Source: Gemmatimonadota bacterium
Lineage (GTDB): Bacteria > Gemmatimonadota > Gemmatimonadetes > Gemmatimonadales > GWC2-71-9
Reading direction: 5' to 3'
Assembly (NCBI GenBank): GCA_036679605.1
Contig: JAZDCZ010000251.1
Location: forward strand, 32,001 to 96,000
Length of the DNA: 64,000 nt
The notes beneath the pieces were generated by a model. That model worked only from the letters and a program-made list of their open reading frames with translations, was not told where the DNA came from and did not search any database. The position numbers were made by a program, and so were the translations under genes. Below, in pieces: positions 18,961 to 27,455 of the stretch; the first letter of the stretch is position 1, and each line of letters starts with the position of its first letter.

Positions 18961-19816
18961 ATGATGGACGTGATCGTCGGTTATAGTCTGTCTTCACCCG
19001 TTGCGGCCAATATCGTGCGTGCTGCCCTTACCACGATCGGTGCCGAGGCAGTTCGGATCCGCAATCCACGCCCGTGGAAGATCAGAACACTGTCTCGGCT
19101 ATCTGCCCTCGTTGACGACCTCGCACCGTGGACGGAGGGTGCGATTGCGCGTATAGCCGCCATCCATCGCGCGCGCCTGACCATGCCGATCGTGGTTTAT
19201 TACCCGGACACAACCGAGGCGGCGGGAGCCGTCGGCCGGCTGCAGATGATGTCGGCCGTAACGCTCAAGATGCAAGTGCTCGATCGCTACGAGACCAAGC
19301 GCCTCCGCTCTCTATTGACACCACTCCTGGCTAACCTCCCGGAAGCCCAGTTCCGTGGCATGCTCGGCTTTATCCTGCCCCAGGTGTCACCACATGTCGG
19401 GCGGTTCGTCGACGCGGCCTGCCGGCGACTCGCTCGAGGCGCGAGCGACCATCCACAGGTGGCAGACCTGGCAATCGCGGCGAACGTGTCGCTGCGACAC
19501 CTGGAACGCCAGTGTCAAATCTGCAACGTACCCAACCCCAACCGTCTACTCGACATGGGTGATGCTGCTATGGATCGAGTGGATGGCTCTTGCGGAACGA
19601 GTCGGCAGCGAGCTGTTCGCCGCACAGATAGGGATCGCGAAGAAAGATCTGGCACGCATTAGGGCCCGGCTCCTCGGCGCCCACAGTGTCGGCCTACAAG
19701 GCCAGCCGCCCCAGCACACTTTCGTAGTCGCGTTCCTGGGCTTCGCGAGCGTCCTCGGTGTTGAATCTGACATGGCGGACGAAGTGCTGCGACGCATCGC
19801 GGGGGGGGGGCATTAG
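18961..19816 (+). pseudogene. AraC-like HTH regulator with a single +1 frameshift
   Basis: QVADLAIAANVSLRHLERQC HTH; removing the A at 19555 joins RLLD to WVMLLW..., ending at TAG 19816. Confidence 0.7.
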
Positions 19817-19864
19817 GGAATCCGATCGTTAGAAGAGCGGCGTGATGGCCGGGCACGGCGCGGA

Positions 19865-19914
19865 TGTTGTCAGCGGCTCATAGCCGCTACTCGGCTGATG
19901 TCGCTGATAGCGAC
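19865..19914. repeat. 50-bp direct repeat, copy 2
   Basis: Matches 13011-13060 with one mismatch. Confidence 0.95.
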
Positions 19915-20104
19915 GTCACGCATCGAAACATGCAGCAGCGAACATGACGGGGCCAAAACGGATCAATGTCGCTCTTAGCGACACCCGCCGAGCCGCGACT
20001 CTCATGTCGCGAGTTCCCCTGCAAGGACGTCATGCACCATCTTTTCAGCCGGCGACGTGGCGGCAAAGAGAGTAGGTTGAAACGAACACGCATGTCGCGA
20101 GCAC

Positions 20105-20497
20105 CTACCACGCCGCCACCAATACATCCGTTTGCCCAAAGTCATCACCTACGAAGAGGAGTGGTTCGCCCCGTGCGACCGCCAGGGCGTAGCTGAAACA
20201 ATCTCCGAAGTTGAGAGCGGCAGGATGGCGGCCGCGGCCGAACTTGACCGCCGCGTCACGTGCCAGTCGCGCGTCTTCCTCTGTAACGGATACTATCTCG
20301 GCCCCGATCTCTCTCAAGAAAAGGTCGAGCTGCGGATCGGCCGACTCACCATACCGCCCCAACAGTACGAGTGCAGTTTCCACCACGGTTGCCGCCGAGA
20401 CTTGCCGAGCCGGGGCAGCCTGGATCGCCGCGATCAACCGGTCGGCCACTGGCTCGCTCACGAGAACGGCAACCATGGCCGAGCTGTCGAGAACCAT
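20105..20497 (-). CDS. vapC: VapC PIN toxin
   Basis: MVLDSSAMVA; GRGRHPAALNFGDCFSYALA...LLFVGDDF. Confidence 0.95.
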   Translation of the reverse strand: MVLDSSAMVAVLVSEPVADRLIAAIQAAPARQVSAATVVETALVLLGRYGESADPQLDLFLREIGAEIVSVTEEDARLARDAAVKFGRGRHPAALNFGDCFSYALAVARGEPLLFVGDDFGQTDVLVAAW

Positions 20498-20500
20498 AGA

Positions 20501-20752
20501 TCAGCTGGGAAGCCCGTGTTCGTCGTAACCAATGATCTCATCTGCCGAACGGGGGTCCGCAACCGGCAACCGGGCAAGCCGATCCTGTATTCGTCCGACT
20601 CTCTCACTGAGGTCGTTCCGACGGCACATACGTTCGCGTTCGAGCCGCTGACGCAGTGACTCGCGGATCGCCTCGGTGAGCGATTCTCCTGTTGCCCTGG
20701 CCAGTTCCCTTGCCAGGCGGTCGGTTTCGTCGTCTTTGATACTCAAGGCCAT
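20501..20752 (-). CDS. vapB: VapB antitoxin (Rv0623-like)
   Basis: MALSIKDDETDRLARELA...GESLTEAI...IIGYDEHGLP; TTGACG-N17-TAGACT promoter upstream. Confidence 0.93.
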   Translation of the reverse strand: MALSIKDDETDRLARELARATGESLTEAIRESLRQRLERERMCRRNDLSERVGRIQDRLARLPVADPRSADEIIGYDEHGLPS

Positions 20753-20924
20753 GTCTAGCTTTCGATATTATTATCTATAAGTCTATACCACGGTGCGGTG
20801 GCCGTCAAGATATCGGCCCGGCCATGTCTTCATCCGGCAACGTGGTGGCAAAGAGAGTAGGTTCATGTCGCGAGCACCCCTGTCACTATCACCCCCACCC
20901 CGACGTTGCCAGGACAATCATAAA

Positions 20925-21788
20925 GTGAAACGAATCGCAGTTATTGGCGCAGGAACGATGGGCCACGGTATTGCACAGATCGCTGCAATGGCGGGCTGTG
21001 GGGTTAGGCTCACCGACTCCAATGCCGAAGTACTAGCCGCCGCACCAAGCCGAGTCGAGAAAAACCTGCAAGGCGGGGTATCACGCGGCAAGACGTCAGC
21101 AGACGACGCCGATGCGGCGATCGCACGAATCACTACCACTCCGTCCATCGAGGAGGCAGTCGGCGACGCCACGTTCGTGATCGAAGCGGTGTTGGAAGAC
21201 ATCGACGTCAAGAAAGATCTTTTCCGTCAACTCGATCAGCTAACGAGCCCGGATGCTGTTCTCGCGACGAATACATCCTCGCTCTCGGTGTCCCAGATCG
21301 CCTCGGCTACGAACAACCCCGGCCGCGTTGTGGGCATGCACTTTTTCAATCCGGTCCACATCATGAAGTTGGTCGAGATCATCGCCCATCCTGATGCCGA
21401 TTCCGATGCGGTTGCCGGCACTCGCGCACTGGCCGAGGAATTCGGCAAGCAACCGATCGTGGTGCGCGATACACCCGGCTTCGCATCCTCTCGTCTTGGC
21501 GTGGTCCTCGGACTCGAGGCCATGCGCATGGTCGAGCAAGAGGTCGCGTCACCCGAGGATATCGACAAGGCGATGGTGCTGGGCTACGGGCACCCCATGG
21601 GTCCACTCCGAGTTTCCGACCTGGTGGGCCTAGACATTCGGCTTGCCATAGCCGACTACTTACATTCACAGCTGGCCGATGCGCAGTACGAAGCACCTGA
21701 CCTATTGCGCCGCAAAGTAGAATCGGGTGAACTGGGCAAGAAGGTCGGCAAGGGATTCTACGACTGGCCCGACACGACCAAACCGTAA
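20925..21788 (+). CDS. 3-hydroxyacyl-CoA dehydrogenase (PaaH/Hbd-like)
   Basis: GAGTMGHGIA Rossmann motif; TNTSSL, GMHFFNP, HPMGP and LGKKVGKGFY. Confidence 0.95.
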   Translation: MKRIAVIGAGTMGHGIAQIAAMAGCGVRLTDSNAEVLAAAPSRVEKNLQGGVSRGKTSADDADAAIARITTTPSIEEAVGDATFVIEAVLEDIDVKKDLFRQLDQLTSPDAVLATNTSSLSVSQIASATNNPGRVVGMHFFNPVHIMKLVEIIAHPDADSDAVAGTRALAEEFGKQPIVVRDTPGFASSRLGVVLGLEAMRMVEQEVASPEDIDKAMVLGYGHPMGPLRVSDLVGLDIRLAIADYLHSQLADAQYEAPDLLRRKVESGELGKKVGKGFYDWPDTTKP

Positions 21789-21812
21789 CACTACGATAAG
21801 GATTGCACGACA

Positions 21813-22595
21813 ATGGATGAAAACAAAAACGTCCTGATAGAGATAGAAGGCCATGTTGCCAAACTCACGATCAACCGGCCGGAAAAGCTGAACGCTCTCA
21901 ACAACGAGACACGAAACGAACTGATGGATCTGCTTGACGATCTGGCGGTGAGCGACGATACGCGCGTTGCGATCATTACCGGGGCCGGAGAGAAGGCGTT
22001 CATCGCCGGCGCCGACATAAGTGAATTCGAGGGCCGCACGGCCGTCGATCAATATGAGGCCATGAGGGGACGCAACGTGTTCGAAGCAGTGGAGGCTTTT
22101 CCCAAACCACTCATAGCTGCGCTCAATGGTTTTTGCCTGGGAGGCGGATGCGAACTCGCGATGGCGTGCGACATCAGGATCGCTTCTGAAAAGGCAAAGC
22201 TGGGGCAACCCGAAATAAATCTGGGACTTCTTCCCGGCGGCGGCGGTACACAGCGGCTTCCGCGTCTGGTGGGGTTGGGTCGTGCGCTCAAGCTGATGTA
22301 TACGGGAGACATGATATCGGCAGCTGAGGCATATGAGATAGGATTGGTGGACGAGGTCGTCGCGCCAGAGAAGCTGAACGACCGGGTTGCCGAACTCGCG
22401 GCGGCGATCGCCAAGAAGAGTCCCGTGGCGCTCAGGTTAATCAAACGTTCGGCTCATGCCAGTACGCGCACATCGCTCGACGAAGGACTGCAGCAAGAGA
22501 AGGCACTGTTCGGAATCGCGTTCGCGTCCGAGGACAAGGCCGAGGGCGTAGCTGCGTTCCTCGAAAAGAGGCCTGCCAACTTCAAGGGCCGCTGA
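21813..22595 (+). CDS. Enoyl-CoA hydratase (PaaF/Crt-like)
   Basis: AFIAGADI, GGGCELAMACD and GQPEINLG (both catalytic Glu present). Confidence 0.93.
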   Translation: MDENKNVLIEIEGHVAKLTINRPEKLNALNNETRNELMDLLDDLAVSDDTRVAIITGAGEKAFIAGADISEFEGRTAVDQYEAMRGRNVFEAVEAFPKPLIAALNGFCLGGGCELAMACDIRIASEKAKLGQPEINLGLLPGGGGTQRLPRLVGLGRALKLMYTGDMISAAEAYEIGLVDEVVAPEKLNDRVAELAAAIAKKSPVALRLIKRSAHASTRTSLDEGLQQEKALFGIAFASEDKAEGVAAFLEKRPANFKGR

Positions 22596-22606
22596 GGAGG
22601 ACCCGG

Positions 22607-23461
22607 GTGCCCGGAGTCACCGACCTTCACGTTCACATTCAGCCATGGCGTCAACTCAAACCGCACATCGCCAAGGTCATGTGGCAGGGCCAGGAGGACC
22701 AGCGCGAACGCCTGATAGCGATCATGGAGGATCCCAAACTCCTGATCGAGCTGTTGGACCAGGCAGATATATGGCGAGTTGCACTGATCAACTATCCAAG
22801 CCCCGATCTGATGGGATTTACCGATGAGACGAACACATTTGCGGCGGAATACTCCAGGCACGCACCCGACCGACTGATTCCGTTCGGCGGCGTTCACCCG
22901 CGCTTCACAAACGATCCAGAGGGTCAGGTCGAAGAACTGATGCAGATGGGCATCCGCTGCCTCAAGATCCATCCACCACATCAGCTCTTCCCGGCCAACG
23001 CCTACACACAGGGCCTCGATGCACTGGGCCGGATCTACCGGCGCTGTGAGGAACGGGGTCTACCGGTCACTATCCATACGGGAACGAGCATTTTCCCGGG
23101 GGCGCGTTGCAAGTTCGGACGACCCATGGAAGTTGACGACGTGGCGATCGATTTTCCCGATCTCACGATCATCATGGCACACGGTGGCCGCCCGCTGTGG
23201 ATGGACGAGGCATTTTTTATCATGCGGCGTCATAAGAATGTCTATCTGGAATTATCGGGGATCCCGCCCAAAAAATTGCCGGAGTATTTTCCGCGCTTGA
23301 GGGACATTGCAGACCGGGTCGTCTGGGGCACGGATTGGCCCAGCCCCGGAGTCACGGACCTGCGCAAGAACCTAGATCAGTTCATGGCCCTTCCCTTTCC
23401 GGATGAGATGAAGCACAGCATCACAAGCACTAATCCGCTGTCGTTATTCCCGGAGGTCTAA
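22607..23461 (+). CDS. Amidohydrolase_2 family metallo-hydrolase
   Basis: DLHVH, KIHP, HTG, AHGG and WGTDWP. Confidence 0.9.
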   Translation: MPGVTDLHVHIQPWRQLKPHIAKVMWQGQEDQRERLIAIMEDPKLLIELLDQADIWRVALINYPSPDLMGFTDETNTFAAEYSRHAPDRLIPFGGVHPRFTNDPEGQVEELMQMGIRCLKIHPPHQLFPANAYTQGLDALGRIYRRCEERGLPVTIHTGTSIFPGARCKFGRPMEVDDVAIDFPDLTIIMAHGGRPLWMDEAFFIMRRHKNVYLELSGIPPKKLPEYFPRLRDIADRVVWGTDWPSPGVTDLRKNLDQFMALPFPDEMKHSITSTNPLSLFPEV

Positions 23462-24870
23462 TGCGCGGTGTGGCGCTGACGGCTGGACCGACACTCTTCA
23501 TTGTGACGATCGCGTTTCCGGCACCGGGAGCGCTGCCGGCGCCTGCATGGCACGTGGCTGGTCTCGCTGGTTGGATGGCCATCTGGTGGCTAACTGCAGT
23601 CGTACCACTTGAAGCCACATCCTTACTTCCCATCGTTATTCTACCGTTGGCCGGCATGCGCTCACTTCTCGACGTGACAGCATCCTATGCCGATCCGGTG
23701 ATCTTCCTATTCCTCGGTGGATTCCTGCTGGCGGCCACGCTCGAGCGCTGGGGCCTCCACAAGAGATTTGCGCTTGGGACCATCCGGCGAGTCGGGACCG
23801 ATGCGCCGCGAGTGGTGCTCGCGTTCATGATCGCGTCAGCCGTTCTCAGCATGTGGATCTCCAATACCGCGACTGCTGTCATGATGTTGCCCGTCGCAGT
23901 GGCATTGGTTGGTTCCAAGGTGGACTCAGGTGGATTCTCGACTGCCCTCATGCTTGGAATTGCGTATGCCTGTTCGATCGGTGGCGTGGCCACACTCATC
24001 GGCACCCCACCCAACGCTATTCTTGCCGGCGCCGTGAGTGAACTCACTGACCAAGAAATCGGATTCGCAGAGTGGCTCGTGGTGGGTTTGGCCATCTCGA
24101 TTCCCATGCTCTTCGCGTGTTGGTGGCTGTTGGTGAAGATGTTTGGGGTGCACGGCGAAGTCGCGGGCCTCAAGGAAACCTTAGAGAGCGAGCAGGCCAA
24201 CGTCGGGACCCTCTCCGGAGCCGAACGATTTGTCTTGAGTGTGTTCGGGTTGACCGCCCTGGCATGGATACTCCGAGCTCCCAAGTCCATTGGCGACATC
24301 CGCATCCCGGGGCTAACCGACCTGATCCCCGGCATATCAGACGCGGCGATCGCAATTGCCGCAGCGGTGATCCTCTTTGTGATTCCACTCAGCAAGTCAC
24401 GCTTCGACACGGCGCTCGATTGGGAGTCTGCGCGCAAGATCCCCTGGGGCGTGCTTCTGCTCTTTGGCGGCGGCCTGGCTCTGGCCGGTTCGTTCGGATC
24501 GAGCGGACTGAGCGACCAGTTGGGAAGCCTGTTAGTCGGCTTGAGAGGTGCTCCACTGATCCTAGTGCTGTTGGCCACCACAGCGAGCTTCGTTCTACTC
24601 ACTGAGTTGACTAGTAACACAGCGACCGCGGCTCTCGGAATGCCGCTCATGGTGGGCGTAGCCCAGGGACTCGGCGAGGCTGCACTACCCCTGATGGCCG
24701 CGGCTGCGCTGGGATGCTCCATGGCTTTCATGCTGCCGGTCGCCACCCCACCCAACGCCATATTGTTTGGCTCCGGGGTGGTACGATCACGTGATATGGC
24801 GCGCGCCGGTCTCCGACTAAATATCATTGCCATAGGTATAATTACCGTGGTCATATGGATTTGGACTTAG
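23461..24870 (+). CDS. DASS/SLC13 sodium:di/tricarboxylate symporter
   Basis: SMWISNTAT, GTPPN, TSNTAT and ATPPN motifs; many transmembrane helices. Confidence 0.93.
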   Translation: MRGVALTAGPTLFIVTIAFPAPGALPAPAWHVAGLAGWMAIWWLTAVVPLEATSLLPIVILPLAGMRSLLDVTASYADPVIFLFLGGFLLAATLERWGLHKRFALGTIRRVGTDAPRVVLAFMIASAVLSMWISNTATAVMMLPVAVALVGSKVDSGGFSTALMLGIAYACSIGGVATLIGTPPNAILAGAVSELTDQEIGFAEWLVVGLAISIPMLFACWWLLVKMFGVHGEVAGLKETLESEQANVGTLSGAERFVLSVFGLTALAWILRAPKSIGDIRIPGLTDLIPGISDAAIAIAAAVILFVIPLSKSRFDTALDWESARKIPWGVLLLFGGGLALAGSFGSSGLSDQLGSLLVGLRGAPLILVLLATTASFVLLTELTSNTATAALGMPLMVGVAQGLGEAALPLMAAAALGCSMAFMLPVATPPNAILFGSGVVRSRDMARAGLRLNIIAIGIITVVIWIWT

Positions 24871-24920
24871 CAGGGGGCAGCACGGTATGTGCTGCTCCGA
24901 CCAGGAAATCGAGGGCGGCA

Positions 24921-25148
24921 ATGTCTGATCCCCAACCCATCGCGAATTTCAGGACGCGTCTTGAAGCAGAATCCGCGTCCGCCGCCCTCTCTGCAGAGGG
25001 AATCCCGTTTCTGATCCAGTCCGGTGAGGGAAGCGGCTACGGGCCGTTACCCGGTGGTGCAAGTATCTTAGTCCGTGCCGAACAGGCAGATCTCGCGCGA
25101 TCACTGCTCGCTGGCGTGGCCGAAACAGGAGCTGACTGCGATGTCTGA
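24921..25148 (+). CDS. DUF2007-like small protein
   Basis: EAE..S.AL.AEGIP...ILV...QA..AR.LL pattern. Confidence 0.7.
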   Translation: MSDPQPIANFRTRLEAESASAALSAEGIPFLIQSGEGSGYGPLPGGASILVRAEQADLARSLLAGVAETGADCDV

Positions 25149-25512
25149 CCGGACCCTAGTCGTGCTGGCAGCCGCGTTCGCGTTCACTGCGGTTGCGGCA
25201 GGTGCTTTTGGGGCGCACGCGCTAAAGGACCGACTGTCGACTGAGTCCCTGGGAATCTTTGAGACCGGAGCGCGGTATCAGATGTATCACGCTCTGGCCC
25301 TATTCGCAGTTGCCTGGGTCGGCACTCGATGGGAGACCAGACAGATCGCGTGGTCCGGCTGGTTGTTTGTGGCCGGCATAGTGATCTTTTCGGGTAGTCT
25401 GTACCTACTCGCACTGACGGGTACGAGGTGGCTGGGAGCGATCACGCCGGTCGGCGGGGTCTGCTTTCTCGCTGGTTGGATTAGTTTAGCATGGGCTGCC
25501 GCGCATAATTGA
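25141..25512 (+). CDS. DUF423 (YgdD/TMEM256) membrane protein
   Basis: GAFGAHAL, YQMYHAL, FSGSLY and GAITPVGG. Confidence 0.92.
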   Translation: MSDRTLVVLAAAFAFTAVAAGAFGAHALKDRLSTESLGIFETGARYQMYHALALFAVAWVGTRWETRQIAWSGWLFVAGIVIFSGSLYLLALTGTRWLGAITPVGGVCFLAGWISLAWAAAHN

Positions 25513-25556
25513 CTAGAACGCGGATGGGCTGCCGCAGATAATTGACTAGAACGCGG
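25491..25556. repeat. 33-bp tandem duplication spanning the DUF423 stop codon
   Basis: atgggctgccgc(gc/ag)ataattgactagaacgcgg x2. Confidence 0.9.
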
Positions 25557-25632
25557 ATAATTTGATCAGAATATCCAATGACGAATGTCCAATGTTAATG
25601 TTGAGTACTGAAATACATTTGCCGGAGCTAGT

Positions 25633-25998
25633 ATGAAACACGTAGTCGTCTTCTCGCTTGCCGTTGTCCTTCTGGCTGTTGCTTGCATCACCGAAAAGGA
25701 AGGCCAGATCTTCATCATTCTCAATACACAGCCGCCAGACACCACGTCGGACCCAGACGTAACGATCGCGGGCGAAGCCTTCCGCGACCCAAGACGCACC
25801 GATCCCACAGTAGTGGTCACCATAACGGGCGGTTTGGCGACCGTAGTGGATACGACCAACCCTTTCAGGTTGTTCGAGGTCACGGTCCCCCTGGTCAGAA
25901 ACGCCAAGAACAGGCTGTCGTTTTCGGCCAGCGACAACACGGGGGCAGTTTCGCAAAACATTGTAGAGGTGGTGATCGTTCAGCAGGATTCGACCTAA
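25633..25998 (+). CDS. Small lipoprotein with an Ig-like beta fold
   Basis: Lipobox AVAC; FEVTVPLVRNAKN.LSFSASDNTG; GGAG RBS. Confidence 0.7.
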   Translation: MKHVVVFSLAVVLLAVACITEKEGQIFIILNTQPPDTTSDPDVTIAGEAFRDPRRTDPTVVVTITGGLATVVDTTNPFRLFEVTVPLVRNAKNRLSFSASDNTGAVSQNIVEVVIVQQDST

Positions 25999-26036
25999 CG
26001 GCCTCGCAAGACGATGGCAGCACTGGGTATGACCAC

Positions 26037-26912
26037 ATGAGCGCAATCGCCTACTTCAACGGCGAATTTCTGGCGAAGGATCGGATCAGCATCTCGCCGG
26101 ACGACCGCGGTTTCCTGTTCGCGGATGGGGTGTACGACGTGGCCTTGAGCTATGGCGGCAAGTTCTTCCGCATCGACGCCCATCTAGAACGCCTTGCCGA
26201 CGGTCTCCAGGCACTGGACATAGACGGCGTAAATCCGGCTGCCCTGGCTGGCGTCGCCCACGAGCTACTGCGGCGCAACGATGCCCAGACCGACGATAAA
26301 GCGATATACTTTCAAGTCACCCGTGGTGTGGCGCCGCGCAGCCACGCATTTCCAATCGAATCCGTAGAGCCCACCGTCTACGCCACTGTCATGCCGTTTG
26401 TGCGCAAGGGCGACGCTGCCAAGGGTACGTCTGTCGTTACGGCACCGGACATCCGGTGGACCCGCTGTGACATCAAGTCGATAGGGCTCACCGCCAATTG
26501 CCTGGCTAATCAGCGTGCTCACGAGGACGGTGCCACAGAGGCCATCTTCGTTCGAAACGGCGTTGCTCTGGAAGGCACTGCCTCGTCGTTCTTTGCAATT
26601 TTCGACGGGGTCGTAACCACGGCACCCAACAGCAACTACATACTGCCGGGGATCACACGGGCAGCGATCCTGGAAATCTGCGCCGGCCACAACATTGAGT
26701 GCACAGAAGCCCCGATCTTCGAGCGCGATCTCAAACGTGCTGACGAGCTATTTCTGGCTGGTACCACGACCGAGGTCCTCCCGATTGTCGAACTCGATGG
26801 AGTGGCAGTCGGCAACGGGCGGCCCGGACCGGTAGTCCAGCGCCTCGTCGAGTTGTTCCGTGAACTCGTTGAGTCGGAGTGTAGTGGAACTCCGGCGGTA
26901 CGGACCGCGTAA
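26037..26912 (+). CDS. dat: Class IV PLP aminotransferase (D-amino-acid transaminase-like)
   Basis: DRGFLFADGVY, YFQVTRG, RCDIKS (PLP Lys) and ILPGITR. Confidence 0.88.
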   Translation: MSAIAYFNGEFLAKDRISISPDDRGFLFADGVYDVALSYGGKFFRIDAHLERLADGLQALDIDGVNPAALAGVAHELLRRNDAQTDDKAIYFQVTRGVAPRSHAFPIESVEPTVYATVMPFVRKGDAAKGTSVVTAPDIRWTRCDIKSIGLTANCLANQRAHEDGATEAIFVRNGVALEGTASSFFAIFDGVVTTAPNSNYILPGITRAAILEICAGHNIECTEAPIFERDLKRADELFLAGTTTEVLPIVELDGVAVGNGRPGPVVQRLVELFRELVESECSGTPAVRTA

Positions 26913-26921
26913 GGCATTGAA

Positions 26922-27398
26922 ATGGCTATAGAAGCAGGAAACTGCGAGCTGTGCGGCCATGGGCTCGAGATCCTGACACGGCCCATCAAGCGGTTGCGCT
27001 GGACCCGCCACTTGTGGCAAGGCGTCGCCAGTTTGTTTCGTGGACCGCTTAGGATATGCAACAGTTGCGGCGCAATGTATTCCGAACGGGGCGAGCTGCT
27101 AGCCGCGGGTGCGGTTCAGACGGAGTTCGAGCAGACGCTCGATAAATACCGCAAGGACATGTCGTACGTGCGAGACAGCTTTGGAGGGGTGGTGGTCGCC
27201 TCTGAGATGGCGGTGATTTGGCTCATTGCCGGCGCCCCAGCAAATGTTGGCGGTGCGGTCCTAGCGGCAGCGATTGGAGTTGTGGCTCTTGCGCCGTTCG
27301 GTTTTTTTTGGCGCAAGGTACAGCTCGCAAAGCAAGACCTTAGACAGTTGAAGAAGACCAGAACCCGCGGACAACCCAACACGGGCACGCCCGGTTGA
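26922..27398 (+). CDS. Hypothetical membrane protein with two CxxC pairs
   Basis: CELC and CNSC; two C-terminal hydrophobic helices; tight operon spacing. Confidence 0.65.
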   Translation: MAIEAGNCELCGHGLEILTRPIKRLRWTRHLWQGVASLFRGPLRICNSCGAMYSERGELLAAGAVQTEFEQTLDKYRKDMSYVRDSFGGVVVASEMAVIWLIAGAPANVGGAVLAAAIGVVALAPFGFFWRKVQLAKQDLRQLKKTRTRGQPNTGTPG

Positions 27399-27455
27399 CT
27401 CCCTGGCGTGACCGTACTATCTCTCGCCCTAATCCATATTGCTAAAGGAATCGTA

